Origin: Nanobdella aerobiophila
GTDB lineage: Archaea > Nanobdellota > Nanobdellia > Nanobdellales > Nanobdellaceae
Length of the DNA: 32,000 bases
Assembly: GCF_023169545.1 (NCBI RefSeq)
Contig: NZ_AP019769.1
Coordinates: forward strand, 570,001-602,000
Direction: 5' to 3'
The first letter of the stretch is position 1; every line of letters begins with the position of its first letter. Made by a program: the position numbers and the translations under genes. Of the stretch, positions 1 through 9,946 are shown piece by piece. The notes beneath the pieces were generated by a model. The model was not told the origin of the DNA. It did not search any database and was given only the letters and a program-made list of their open reading frames with translations.

Positions 1-118
1 ATCCTATTTTAAAATATAAATTTGTAATACCAATATTAAATAATAAAAAAAATAGAAAATTACAGATATATTTATCCTATATATCTATTTTTATTTATTT
101 ATACTTGATTATATTTTT

Positions 119-643
119 ATGAGGATATTTATAGCTATAGATTTACCAGAAGATATTAAAAAAGATATATATAATATATCAAAAAATATTAGAGGTATAA
201 GTGGAAAAATAGTAGAAGAAGAAAATATCCATATAACATTAAAATTTTTAGGACAAATAAATCAAGAAACATTAAATAAAATAAATAAAAAATTATCAAG
301 TATTAATTATAATAAATTTTATATTAATATTGGAGACTTCGGATATTTCAATAATAGAGTCTTATGGATAAAGATCCTAAATAAAGAAAATATAATTAAT
401 TTACATAATATTATAGATAATAAATTGTATGAATTGAATATACAGAAAGATATTGATTATGAACCTCATATAACAATATATAGAATCAAAAATATAAAAA
501 ATGATAACTATTTAAAAGAATACCTAAATGAAAATAAAAAAATATATAGTAATATATTGATTGATAAGTTTTATATTAAAGAGAGCATATTGATGACACA
601 TGGTCCAGTATACAGAAATTTATATGAATATAAACTATTATAA
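119..643 (+). CDS. thpR: RNA 2',3'-cyclic phosphodiesterase (ThpR/LigT family)
   Basis: MRIFIAIDLPEDIK start and two HxT/HxTI motifs (NIHITLKFLG, EPHITIYRI) typical of the 2H phosphoesterase family. Confidence 0.9.
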   Translation: MRIFIAIDLPEDIKKDIYNISKNIRGISGKIVEEENIHITLKFLGQINQETLNKINKKLSSINYNKFYINIGDFGYFNNRVLWIKILNKENIINLHNIIDNKLYELNIQKDIDYEPHITIYRIKNIKNDNYLKEYLNENKKIYSNILIDKFYIKESILMTHGPVYRNLYEYKLL

Positions 644-668
644 AACTTACTATTATAATTAAGTTATT

Positions 669-866
669 ATGGCTAATGAATTATTACCTGAGATAAAAAA
701 TAGAAAATTTGACAGGATATTTATATGTAGAAGATGTGGGTCCAGGATAAGAGCGGACCCTGAAAAAGTAAGATCTGGACTGATAAAATGTAGAAAATGT
801 AAATCAAAATCGCTAAGATTAAAGAAATCAGAGATAATATTAGTAGCTGCAAAGACTGCTAAATGA
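669..866 (+). CDS. rpl40e: Ribosomal protein L40e
   Basis: Short basic zinc-ribbon protein: CRRCGSRIRADPEKVRSGLIKCRKCKSKSLRLKK. Confidence 0.8.
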   Translation: MANELLPEIKNRKFDRIFICRRCGSRIRADPEKVRSGLIKCRKCKSKSLRLKKSEIILVAAKTAK

Positions 867-1966
867 ATTATCAGTTATCTTTATCAGGCTCTACAGAACT
901 AGATATATTAATATTATTTTTTGTTGTAAATATTATTTTTATAGTACTAAAAATTTTGTTTAGAAAGAATGTAGATTATAAATTTATATACGGAATGGTA
1001 AAAACTGAAAAATATACATATATAATGGAAAGCTTATCAAAAGGATTATATGCTAAAATATTGTCTATATCATCTTTAATAATTTCCCCTATATTAATCT
1101 TCTCTTCTTTAATATTCTTAATATTTGGCTTAGTAACTAGAACACCGACTTATGCTCCTGTAATACCAGGTGCTTCATATGGACCAATCACATTACCATT
1201 AGCACAAACGATAATATCAATATTTATTGCAGCTTTTATACATGAACTTTCTCATGGAGTCTTATCATTTAGAAATAAAATAAAAATAAAGGATTGGGGC
1301 TTTTTCTATTTAGGACCTTTATTAGGCGCATTTGTTGATCCGAATGAAGAAGAAATAAATAAGACTAGTAAAAAAGAGCAATTAAAAATATATGGTGCTG
1401 GTGCTACAATAAATATAATAGCAGGCTTCATATTTTTGTTTATTTTATTAATATTTAATCAGTTGACTACTACTTTTAATCTTGCAAAACCCTATGTTAG
1501 TATAGTAAGTACAATTCCAGGTACTTATGCTTATGGTGTAATACCAAACGATAGTATACTATATTCCATAAATAATTATAATATATCATATTTAAACCAG
1601 ATTCAGGAAGTATTGAATAAATATTCTCCAGGTCAAAATGTTACAATATATACAAATAAAGGTACATATGATATAGAACTTGTAGATAAGTATAATGAAA
1701 CATTTCTAGGGGTATATGTAGAACAAGAATATAATTATGCATCTAATATTATACCATTTACAGGATCTTTATTATTATGGTTATTTATAATAAATCTAGG
1801 TCTCGGTATAGGAAATATGATACCAATATACCCCTTGGACGGTGGTAGAGCGCTTAAAGCTTTATTAGAAGCGAAATTTGAGGAGAAAAAAGCCAAAAAA
1901 ATAATGAATATAATATCAATTATTATAGTTATATTAATACTATATAATATTAGTTTTCTGTTCTAG
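863..1966 (+). CDS. Site-2 protease family (M50) membrane metalloprotease with PDZ-like insert
   Basis: HELSH (HExxH) in a TM helix, PLDGGRALKAL motif, multiple TM segments; overlaps the L40e stop by 4 nt. Confidence 0.88.
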   Translation: MNYQLSLSGSTELDILILFFVVNIIFIVLKILFRKNVDYKFIYGMVKTEKYTYIMESLSKGLYAKILSISSLIISPILIFSSLIFLIFGLVTRTPTYAPVIPGASYGPITLPLAQTIISIFIAAFIHELSHGVLSFRNKIKIKDWGFFYLGPLLGAFVDPNEEEINKTSKKEQLKIYGAGATINIIAGFIFLFILLIFNQLTTTFNLAKPYVSIVSTIPGTYAYGVIPNDSILYSINNYNISYLNQIQEVLNKYSPGQNVTIYTNKGTYDIELVDKYNETFLGVYVEQEYNYASNIIPFTGSLLLWLFIINLGLGIGNMIPIYPLDGGRALKALLEAKFEEKKAKKIMNIISIIIVILILYNISFLF

Positions 1967-2528
1967 AAGATTTTCTTATAAATATTTTATCTGTCAATAA
2001 GTTATATATCTCTCCTACATAATCTACCTTCCTCCTTATATCATAATTTTTAAATTCCATATATAACATGTTTTTATATATATCATATATAATGTTTCTG
2101 GCCTCTTCAGCGAATGAAAGATTATTTTTTAACATTTCTTCCACAGATTTTCTGTATAATTCGCCTACAAAATCCATCAAACCCAGTACATATGAATTTT
2201 CATCTACATTTATATCTTTGTTTTTTATTATTTTCTTATTTATTATATAATTATAAAATATTAGTGCCTCTGCATATTCTTGAAAGCTTATAACAACATT
2301 ATTATACAACCTTGGTTCTAACTTTAATATCTCATCAACTTCCTTTTTATAATTATTTATCTCTTCTATATATTTATTAGCAGAATCTATATCACCTCTT
2401 ATTATAGAATATATTATAGATTTTGATAGTCTATTTATCTTTATGCTTTTTTCTATTACTCTGTCTCTATAATTCTCATATTCTTTAAATTTATTTTTTA
2501 AATAGTCTATATATTCTTTTTCTATCAT
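1950..2528 (-). CDS. Translin family protein
   Basis: All-helical; YVLGLMDFVGELYRKSVEEML and RRKVDYVGEIYNLL resemble archaeal translin. Confidence 0.7.
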   Translation of the reverse strand: MIEKEYIDYLKNKFKEYENYRDRVIEKSIKINRLSKSIIYSIIRGDIDSANKYIEEINNYKKEVDEILKLEPRLYNNVVISFQEYAEALIFYNYIINKKIIKNKDINVDENSYVLGLMDFVGELYRKSVEEMLKNNLSFAEEARNIIYDIYKNMLYMEFKNYDIRRKVDYVGEIYNLLTDKIFIRKSSRTEN

Positions 2529-2533
2529 AATAA

Positions 2534-3640
2534 TTAAGAGAATAAATGTTTTATATATATTGTTGCAAAAGAACCTTTTCCCAATATAAATTCTATAACT
2601 ATATTATTTTTTATTTTATAATCCACATCTTTTACTTCGGATAATATATATCTTTCAGTTGAATATAAGGATAAAGATGGTTTATCTTTATTGTATAAAT
2701 TTTCGATTTTTAATCCCTCTCTATCTAATATATCCTTATGAAAATTCTTATTTTTCATATCAAATCCTATTAATTCTAATTTTTTATCCATAAATTTTTC
2801 TATATTATCTTTACATATATATAGTTCTTGAATTTTATTATTTATCTTTGAATTACAATTATTATTTTTTAATATATAAGATAGTTCTTCATTCCATAAA
2901 TAAGATTGATAAGAATGTATATACATTTTTAATAATCTTTTTGGTATGTATTTTAATGCCCTATAATAATTTTTTTCTCTTATCAAATATCCTAATATCC
3001 CCCTCTCTATATCTAGATAATTTGGAAATAGACTTAGTGCATTTTTAAAATCTCCCCAGTGTTCTTTTAAATACTTTCTAGCCTCTATAGCTTTAATATT
3101 ATTTTCATTATTATAATCTATTAATATTATTCTTATTGCATTCTCATAATCTCTATTAATTAAATATTTCCCGACTATATGATTATTTAATCTACTACCA
3201 AACCTCTGTTCATCAAAATAATTGAAATAATATTTATTAAATATCTCTATATTATCCTTAAACCTTTTTATTTCTTCATTATTTAGATCTCTAATTACTA
3301 TCCTAAAGTAATTTCCATCTATATCAGAAATCTTTAAAGGTTCCTCATAAGATCCTACATATTTTAATTTGACATTACCAAAATTATATTCCTCTCTAAA
3401 ATCATTAAAATTCCTTATACATATATATTGCTCGGATATTGTGTTCTTATCTTTTTCTCCGGCAAAATATATCTTCCTTTTCGATATATGCAGTTTCCTT
3501 GCAATAATCTTTATCGCATTTATAGTACTTATATTTTCCTTTTTCATTAAAAAATATCTAAATAAATCTCCTTCTTTTTTCTTATCTAAATTTATTATTT
3601 CTTTAACATAAAAATCTTCGGGCTTTTCCTTTATTTTCAT
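2534..3640 (-). CDS. truD: tRNA pseudouridine(13) synthase TruD
   Basis: FAGEKDKNTISEQYICIR catalytic motif; YFNYFDEQRFG; NHIVGKYLI. Confidence 0.9.
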   Translation of the reverse strand: MKIKEKPEDFYVKEIINLDKKKEGDLFRYFLMKKENISTINAIKIIARKLHISKRKIYFAGEKDKNTISEQYICIRNFNDFREEYNFGNVKLKYVGSYEEPLKISDIDGNYFRIVIRDLNNEEIKRFKDNIEIFNKYYFNYFDEQRFGSRLNNHIVGKYLINRDYENAIRIILIDYNNENNIKAIEARKYLKEHWGDFKNALSLFPNYLDIERGILGYLIREKNYYRALKYIPKRLLKMYIHSYQSYLWNEELSYILKNNNCNSKINNKIQELYICKDNIEKFMDKKLELIGFDMKNKNFHKDILDREGLKIENLYNKDKPSLSLYSTERYILSEVKDVDYKIKNNIVIEFILGKGSFATIYIKHLFS

Positions 3641-3642
3641 TA

Positions 3643-4779
3643 TTATAGTTCAAACTCCCAGTCCCACATTTCCTTCGCTAATTTTCCATCATACATATAT
3701 TTATTTATATTTATATTTTTTCTTCTATCCTGTATTTCTTTTATAAAAGACCATATCTTTTCTATGGTATAACTCTTTAGTTCGCCAGTAGTTAATTCAC
3801 CCTGTATATACTTTTCTCTTATCTCGAATAATTTTTTATCATCTTCTTCAAATAATACAGATAACCAGAAATAAGAAACATCTATATCTGGATTTCCACC
3901 ATATTTTCTATGCTCTTCTAAAGTAGGCTTTCCACCTGAAAATGCATATTTATTTATCTTTTCTTTTATTGTATCATAATCATCATCTATAAATATTGCA
4001 GATTTCGGATCTGAAGCACTCATCTTGGTATATGGTCCTTGTAATCCCCATACAAACTTAGATAATATCGTAGAAGCCTTATTATATCCAAATTTTGGAG
4101 CAATATCCCTCTGTAATCTAAAATATGGATCCTGATCCACTCCACATGGTATTAATGGTACTCCATTTTCAAAGAATGTTGGTACTATCTGTAATGCTAT
4201 ATAGAATGGTAATCCTATAGTAGATTCATCATCGAAGCCGAACACATTTTTAGCAGTATTTAGATTTATTTCCCTTGCTATATATATTGCAGGTTTGTAT
4301 AGATGATCTATATATTCAGAATTTATAAATATAAATGTTTTATCTGGATTAAACCCTACCGATGCTATTGTTTTTGCATCTTCAATTGCATATTCTTTTA
4401 TTTCGCTATAATTATCCGCTTTTTTCTCCCAATATTTTTCTTCATCTGGTATCTGTATATATAAATTTACATCAAACTTGTCCTGAAGCCATTTAGTAAA
4501 TATAAATGGTATTAGATGTCCTATATGCATCTTACTTTTAGAAGGAGCTCTACCAGTATATAAGAAGAATTTTTTACCATTATTATACTCATTTAATAAT
4601 ATATCAAAGTCTCTATGAGCATAAAAAAATCTTCTTCTTATTAGTACATGTAAATCTCCAACAATATCATACAATAAATTTATTATATTATCATTTAATT
4701 CTTTTACACCAAAAATCTCGACTAATCTTTTATAATCATTTTCAGATTTTATATTAGGATCTATTAATATATTATCCAT
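3643..4779 (-). CDS. trpS: Tryptophanyl-tRNA synthetase
   Basis: Class I aaRS motifs KMHIGHLIPF and KMSASDPKSAIFIDDD; LIPCGVDQDPYFRLQRDIAPK typical of archaeal/eukaryotic TrpRS. Confidence 0.95.
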   Translation of the reverse strand: MDNILIDPNIKSENDYKRLVEIFGVKELNDNIINLLYDIVGDLHVLIRRRFFYAHRDFDILLNEYNNGKKFFLYTGRAPSKSKMHIGHLIPFIFTKWLQDKFDVNLYIQIPDEEKYWEKKADNYSEIKEYAIEDAKTIASVGFNPDKTFIFINSEYIDHLYKPAIYIAREINLNTAKNVFGFDDESTIGLPFYIALQIVPTFFENGVPLIPCGVDQDPYFRLQRDIAPKFGYNKASTILSKFVWGLQGPYTKMSASDPKSAIFIDDDYDTIKEKINKYAFSGGKPTLEEHRKYGGNPDIDVSYFWLSVLFEEDDKKLFEIREKYIQGELTTGELKSYTIEKIWSFIKEIQDRRKNININKYMYDGKLAKEMWDWEFEL

Positions 4780-4780
4780 T

Positions 4781-4790
4781 TTTATAAATA
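4781..4790 (+). promoter_or_regulatory. Probable TATA box for tRNA-Ser
   Basis: TTTATAAATA centred about 30 nt upstream of the tRNA-Ser 5' end. Confidence 0.55.
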
Positions 4791-4815
4791 ATTAAAAAAC
4801 ACTTATAAGTAATAT

Positions 4816-4899
4816 GCCGTGGTGCCCGAGTGGTCCAAGGGGTTTGGCTCGAGACCAAATCTCCGTAAGGAGACGTGGGTTCAAATCCCACCCACGGCG
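4816..4899 (+). tRNA. tRNA-Ser (anticodon CGA)
   Basis: Acceptor GCCGTGG/CCACGGC, anticodon stem TTTGG-CTCGAGA-CCAAA, long variable arm TCTCCGTAAGGAGA, T-arm GTGGG-TTCAAAT-CCCAC, discriminator G, no encoded CCA, no intron. Confidence 0.96.
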
Positions 4900-4931
4900 A
4901 TTTTATAAAATAAAAAATGATATATCTTTTA

Positions 4932-5546
4932 ATGGACGAAGAAACAAAGGAAAACATAATTGATGCTGTAAATAATATAATATATGGATTCAAAATACTC
5001 TTTTTTATTCCAATAATTATAATAATGATATACCTATTTATATTTATAATACCAAATATTATTTATTTAATAAATACTTACATATATATTCTCTACCTAG
5101 ATAATTTTTTTGAGTTTTACATTATGGTAATAATATTATATCTAATTGGAATATTATTATATGCACTATCTATATATGAATTTTCAAAGGGATTTGAATC
5201 TATAAATAATATAAAGGATATAAACATTAAATATCTATTCAAAATTATTAATATTTCTATTATATTATCACTTACTGTAATTTTATCGCCTTTATTATCT
5301 ATTTCAAATATACTATTAGGGAATAAATTAAGATTAATAGGAAAATTATTTAATAATAAAAATATAATCATATATTCAAAATATTTTATTATATCTAGTA
5401 CATCTGGTATTTTATCTATAATCTATTTTTTAAATATTGCAGATATATTAAAATCCATTTTTGGAATTTTTGGTCTTTTACTTGCAATTATATTATTATA
5501 TAGTATTAATAAATTGCATAATGAATTTCAAAGATATATAGTCTAG
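4932..5546 (+). CDS. Multi-TM membrane protein of unknown function
   Basis: ORF track gives 4917 start; ATG at 4932 (MDEETKENIID...) is more likely. Five or so hydrophobic segments; no family recognised. Confidence 0.6.
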   Translation: MDEETKENIIDAVNNIIYGFKILFFIPIIIIMIYLFIFIIPNIIYLINTYIYILYLDNFFEFYIMVIILYLIGILLYALSIYEFSKGFESINNIKDINIKYLFKIINISIILSLTVILSPLLSISNILLGNKLRLIGKLFNNKNIIIYSKYFIISSTSGILSIIYFLNIADILKSIFGIFGLLLAIILLYSINKLHNEFQRYIV

Positions 5547-6079
5547 ATAATATTTTCCATATTTTCTTCTATTCTATTTAGGTCTTCACCTAGATTATAT
5601 ATCGAATCTCTTCCCTTTAAAGTTATAAGATTTTTATCAACATAATATTCATGCTTAGTTATTAATTTAACTCCCGAATTATTAAAATATTTTATATATT
5701 CTGGAAATTCGTCATAATTATATGTTATTGATCTTCCAGTCAATAGACCCATCTTTAAAAATGCAATTTGTGCAAGCGAGCATAATATAACTGTCTTAAA
5801 AGAATTTAAAAATCTAGTGAATATTGCTTGAATTTCTAGACTAAGAAAATCTTTAAATCCCTCATCTGATATAAATATTATTCTATCGAAATGATTCTCT
5901 TTCATAGTAAATATTTCATTTATATCAAAATCTGGTAATACTTTAGTATTATATATACCTGTACTCACTTCCCTATTTTTATTTGCTATATAATTTGTGC
6001 CATCCAATATATCTAAAAAATTAAATAGATCATCATCATTGAATTTTTTTCTAGGTAGGACAATTAGGTTCATTTTCAT
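5543..6079 (-). CDS. DJ-1/PfpI-like (class I glutamine amidotransferase-like) protein
   Basis: VILCSLAQIAFLKMGLLTGRSITYN and YVDKNLITLKG match the nucleophile-elbow and C-terminal motifs of DJ-1/PfpI proteins. Confidence 0.7.
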   Translation of the reverse strand: MKMNLIVLPRKKFNDDDLFNFLDILDGTNYIANKNREVSTGIYNTKVLPDFDINEIFTMKENHFDRIIFISDEGFKDFLSLEIQAIFTRFLNSFKTVILCSLAQIAFLKMGLLTGRSITYNYDEFPEYIKYFNNSGVKLITKHEYYVDKNLITLKGRDSIYNLGEDLNRIEENMENII

Positions 6080-6142
6080 ATTCTAAATTAACTATCTCAA
6101 TATATTAAAATTTTTAATAATAGAAATATTTTATCTTATAAT

Positions 6143-7831
6143 ATGCCAGATAATAATATTAATCTAGATACATTAAGAAATGAGAAAATCGAAGATAATA
6201 AACATAAATATATGGAAATAAAAATTATATTTGACAGTCAAAATATAAAATTTGAACAAATATACTATTGGTTACTTGACTTTATTAGAGACAACTTAAA
6301 AATGAATATTAGTAAACTATCGGACGATTTTACATCATCTGTAGGATCTGCATTTTTCGGAGAAATGAGTTCCAGAGCTTCTGCAGTATTAGCAACTGCC
6401 AGATCCGCAGCAGAATTAATTAATAATCTTACAAAATCAATAATATCGATTCTAGACGAATATAAACAAATACAATCAAAAATTATATTATATGAGAAGG
6501 TTTTATCTAATGATAAAGATGAGGCATACAGCGCATATATAACATTAAAAGATATATGGTTGAACAATGTAGATTCTACTAGAGGAGGAGCAAGTTTATT
6601 TTCTATAGCCAGAGGATCTAGAAATAGTCTAGGATACTCTACTGCACCAGACTTATTTTATCTAACTGAGATAAAATCAGAAGTACAAAAATTATTGGAT
6701 AAAAACCTAATTGGTAAAGCTTTATTTGATAAATTATTTAATGAACCATCAAATATTCCAAGGGATATAGGAGAGGTTAAAAATAAGAAAATTGTAAATG
6801 AAAAGGTTTCTAATATTGTAGATATTAGATTACAAGAATATTACAATTGGTTTGAATCTAATAGAAAATTTTTATATGACAGATATAATCTACTAAAGTC
6901 GTATTTAAAACATCAATTAAGTTCATTATTATATTATACTGAATACGCGAAACCATATTTCAAGTTCGCTAGAAAGTTACTGCAAAATCCAAATCAGCCT
7001 GTAGACATAATAAATGCATTAGAAACTGCAATTATAGATTTATCATTATTGTCTGTAGGAAAAGAAAATTCGATAAATACATATAATGCCGAAAAGGATA
7101 CGGTAGAACAAAAATTGTATATACCTGTATATGATATACAGATAAGATCTAGAGCATTTCCTACAATAATTAATAGAATAGAGAGATCTGGTATGTATAC
7201 ATTTATTGGTAGGACAGATATTAATTTTAGGGTATATCTATTGGAAAAATCAGAATACGAAAACTTAATAATTAATCAAGAAGAAGAGGATTTATTATAT
7301 ATTACAGGACTAACAGATGATTATATAAAAGATATTTCAGATCTAATCTTAGAATCATTTCTTTATGATATTATAAGGAATGATAATAACTTATTAAAGA
7401 TAACTGCAGAGAAATCAAAAGTTACAGAAGCAGATATTAAGAATAATCCATATAAAATAAGATGGTCTAAAGAATTATTAGAAGAATTAGAAAAGGATCA
7501 AAAAATTAAAAAGGCTCTTGGTAGTATTATGTGGATAAAAAAATATTTACCAGAAAATAAAGAAGAAAAAAAGGAAGAAAATAAGGAAAAAAAGAAATCT
7601 GAATCTTCAATTAAGTATATATTTCCATCATTAAACGAGATTTTTGTTAGAATACTAGAATTTATAACAACTTATAAAAAAGATTTGATCTCCATATCAA
7701 AGGATATAAAGAAAAAACAGTTTCAAAAAGAAAGAGATGATGCTATGAATGATTTAAAAGATAAAACTATAGATACTGGTTGGAAGATTTATACCTCATT
7801 TAAGAAAACATTTGGCATGCTAACTTATTAA
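6143..7831 (+). CDS. Hypothetical 562-aa soluble, mostly helical protein
   Basis: Intact ORF, ATG start, charged linker NKEEKKEENKEKKKSE; no family recognised. Confidence 0.75.
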   Translation: MPDNNINLDTLRNEKIEDNKHKYMEIKIIFDSQNIKFEQIYYWLLDFIRDNLKMNISKLSDDFTSSVGSAFFGEMSSRASAVLATARSAAELINNLTKSIISILDEYKQIQSKIILYEKVLSNDKDEAYSAYITLKDIWLNNVDSTRGGASLFSIARGSRNSLGYSTAPDLFYLTEIKSEVQKLLDKNLIGKALFDKLFNEPSNIPRDIGEVKNKKIVNEKVSNIVDIRLQEYYNWFESNRKFLYDRYNLLKSYLKHQLSSLLYYTEYAKPYFKFARKLLQNPNQPVDIINALETAIIDLSLLSVGKENSINTYNAEKDTVEQKLYIPVYDIQIRSRAFPTIINRIERSGMYTFIGRTDINFRVYLLEKSEYENLIINQEEEDLLYITGLTDDYIKDISDLILESFLYDIIRNDNNLLKITAEKSKVTEADIKNNPYKIRWSKELLEELEKDQKIKKALGSIMWIKKYLPENKEEKKEENKEKKKSESSIKYIFPSLNEIFVRILEFITTYKKDLISISKDIKKKQFQKERDDAMNDLKDKTIDTGWKIYTSFKKTFGMLTY

Positions 7832-7853
7832 TAACAAAATTTTTATAATATAT

Positions 7854-9914
7854 ATGCCTGAAGAAAAAAAATATCCTAAAGAATTATTTAATAGACCTAT
7901 AAGTACTAGTACAAATCCTCAGAATCCAAATCAATTAAAAGAGTTTGAAGAAAAGGTAAGACAGGGTTATTCAGGTGTAGAAGTACAAACAGAGAGTTTC
8001 GAAAGATGGAAAACCATACCAAAAATAATTTTTGAAGAGATAGCAAGAAATGCAAGAGTAAATAATGTAGATTTATCTATCCATGCACCAGAAAACGATT
8101 TCCAAATAATGGGTATACATACTGGGAGAGATGAAAATGCAGGAAAAATTGACAGAGAAAGTAAAAAAAATATAAGCTATGCCGTATCTGCTATTTTTGA
8201 TGCCTCAAAAACTATGTCTGAAATATATAATAAACCAATAAAAGTAAATATTCATGGAGGGGATATATCTGGAACTATATGGACTAAAGATTATGAAGAA
8301 GAATTAAAGAAAAAGTTATTAACTGACTATAATTATAGAAAAGAATTTGCTGAAAAATTATATAAAATGGGGTTCATAACTACTCAACAATATAATAATA
8401 TATTAAATAGAAATATAGATACTGAAACCTTATATAATAATATACCATCATGGGCTTTAGCAGAATCAGAACTTGTATATCTTAAAAGAGGAGATGAATA
8501 TATTCCAGTAAATAAAATAGGTATTGAAAAAGGATTTTCAAAGATCATAAAAGAAGGAATAAAAGAAAGCGTGGTAGATAAATTATATGAAAGTAATGAA
8601 AAATATTGGATGTCGATAATAAGTGAAATAGAAAAAGGTTTTATGCAGATTTCAAAGACATATAAAAATGATATGAATAATTTCTTTCAAAATATATTAT
8701 ATAAAGCATATTATAGCGCTGGCGATACTAGATCAATAGGAGATTTATTATATACTATAAAAAATTATGAAAATATAATAAATGGATTTAAAGCATATAT
8801 AGATATATTAGAATCTAATATAGATTCTATAGAAGATAATCAATTTAAAGAAAAAGTCAAGACTGAAATAGAAACATGGAAAAAAGGTTTAGAATATTCG
8901 TACAATAAAATAAGCCAATATGATAAAGATATATCAAAATTATTAGAAAAAGGAAATTTTTATGAAGATGAAAATACAGTTAGACAATTCATTTTCAATA
9001 GATCTATTGAATTAGTTAATAATATGAAGGACTCATATGAATTTATGAAACAAATACTATATATAATTAAAAATACTGTATTTTCTGATAGATTTGTTCC
9101 ATTAATAGTTCCATTTCAAGAAGTAGCCATAAATGAAGGACCAAAAAATTTAGCAAATGGAGTTAGATTACTAATAGAAAGAGAAAAACAAAAAGACCCA
9201 CAATGGGCGGAAAAGATAGCAGATTACTTACCAGATATTGTTATAGAAGAATCTTATCCAGGATCACCTGCATCAAGACCTGATCTATGGAAAAAATTAA
9301 TTGATAATATAAAAGTTGAATTAAAAAAAGTAATAGAAGAAAATCCAGAGTTAAAGAAAAAAATAGAAGAAAAATATAAAGATATAAATAATTATATAGA
9401 TGAAAAAGTAGGCGCGAATCTAGATGTTGGACATATAAAAATGTATGAAAAATATGGATATACAAAAGAAGATATATTAAAATGGGTAGAAGAAATAAAA
9501 CCAGAAATTAAACATTTACATGTTCATGAAGCACAGTGGGGAGGGGATACACACCTACCACTGGGACTTGGGTGGGATGATATAATTGCATCAGAATTAG
9601 AAAAGTTACAAGATATATTGCCGAATATATCTATTGTTCATGAACCAGGTGGATGGTATTCATCTGGACTTTCTCAATCGTTCGGTTCTGAATATAATTA
9701 TTATATAAATGGAATTAACTCTACAGATATTTATGGATTAAATTATGGAGAATCATTTAATACAATTATACCATATGGAACTAGATCGATAACTCCAAAT
9801 TATATACAATATACACAATATTCACCACTATCATATAATATTTTTACTCAATTACCATTAGACCTTGGTGGATCTAGAAAAAGAGAAACATTTTCTGGCC
9901 TAGGAACCGATTAA
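7854..9914 (+). CDS. Endonuclease-IV / xylose-isomerase-like TIM barrel protein with a large insertion
   Basis: Candidate metal ligands in the order expected for Nfo-type barrels: SIHAP, NIHGG, VPFQEVA, NLDVGH, HLHVHE, GGDTHLPLG, VHEPG. Confidence 0.7.
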   Translation: MPEEKKYPKELFNRPISTSTNPQNPNQLKEFEEKVRQGYSGVEVQTESFERWKTIPKIIFEEIARNARVNNVDLSIHAPENDFQIMGIHTGRDENAGKIDRESKKNISYAVSAIFDASKTMSEIYNKPIKVNIHGGDISGTIWTKDYEEELKKKLLTDYNYRKEFAEKLYKMGFITTQQYNNILNRNIDTETLYNNIPSWALAESELVYLKRGDEYIPVNKIGIEKGFSKIIKEGIKESVVDKLYESNEKYWMSIISEIEKGFMQISKTYKNDMNNFFQNILYKAYYSAGDTRSIGDLLYTIKNYENIINGFKAYIDILESNIDSIEDNQFKEKVKTEIETWKKGLEYSYNKISQYDKDISKLLEKGNFYEDENTVRQFIFNRSIELVNNMKDSYEFMKQILYIIKNTVFSDRFVPLIVPFQEVAINEGPKNLANGVRLLIEREKQKDPQWAEKIADYLPDIVIEESYPGSPASRPDLWKKLIDNIKVELKKVIEENPELKKKIEEKYKDINNYIDEKVGANLDVGHIKMYEKYGYTKEDILKWVEEIKPEIKHLHVHEAQWGGDTHLPLGLGWDDIIASELEKLQDILPNISIVHEPGGWYSSGLSQSFGSEYNYYINGINSTDIYGLNYGESFNTIIPYGTRSITPNYIQYTQYSPLSYNIFTQLPLDLGGSRKRETFSGLGTD

Positions 9915-9916
9915 CC

Positions 9917-9927
9917 TTTTATAAATA
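9917..9927 (+). promoter_or_regulatory. Probable TATA box for a leaderless secY transcript
   Basis: TTTTATAAATA centred about 25 nt upstream of the secY ATG (9947). Confidence 0.5.
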
Positions 9928-9946
9928 TTTTTAATTAGTCTTATAT

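Noticed and set aside
2068-3611. Plus-strand ORFs at 2068..2250, 2848..3048 and 3369..3611
   Set aside because: Antisense to well-supported translin and truD genes; low-complexity Phe/Ile/Leu translations expected from AT-rich antisense.
4772-4993. 73-aa minus-strand ORF
   Set aside because: It is the antisense of tRNA-Ser (PWVGFEPTSPYGDLVSSQTPW is the typical spurious translation across a tRNA).
5117-5371. Minus-strand 84-aa ORF
   Set aside because: Antisense shadow of the 4932..5546 membrane protein with no recognisable motif.
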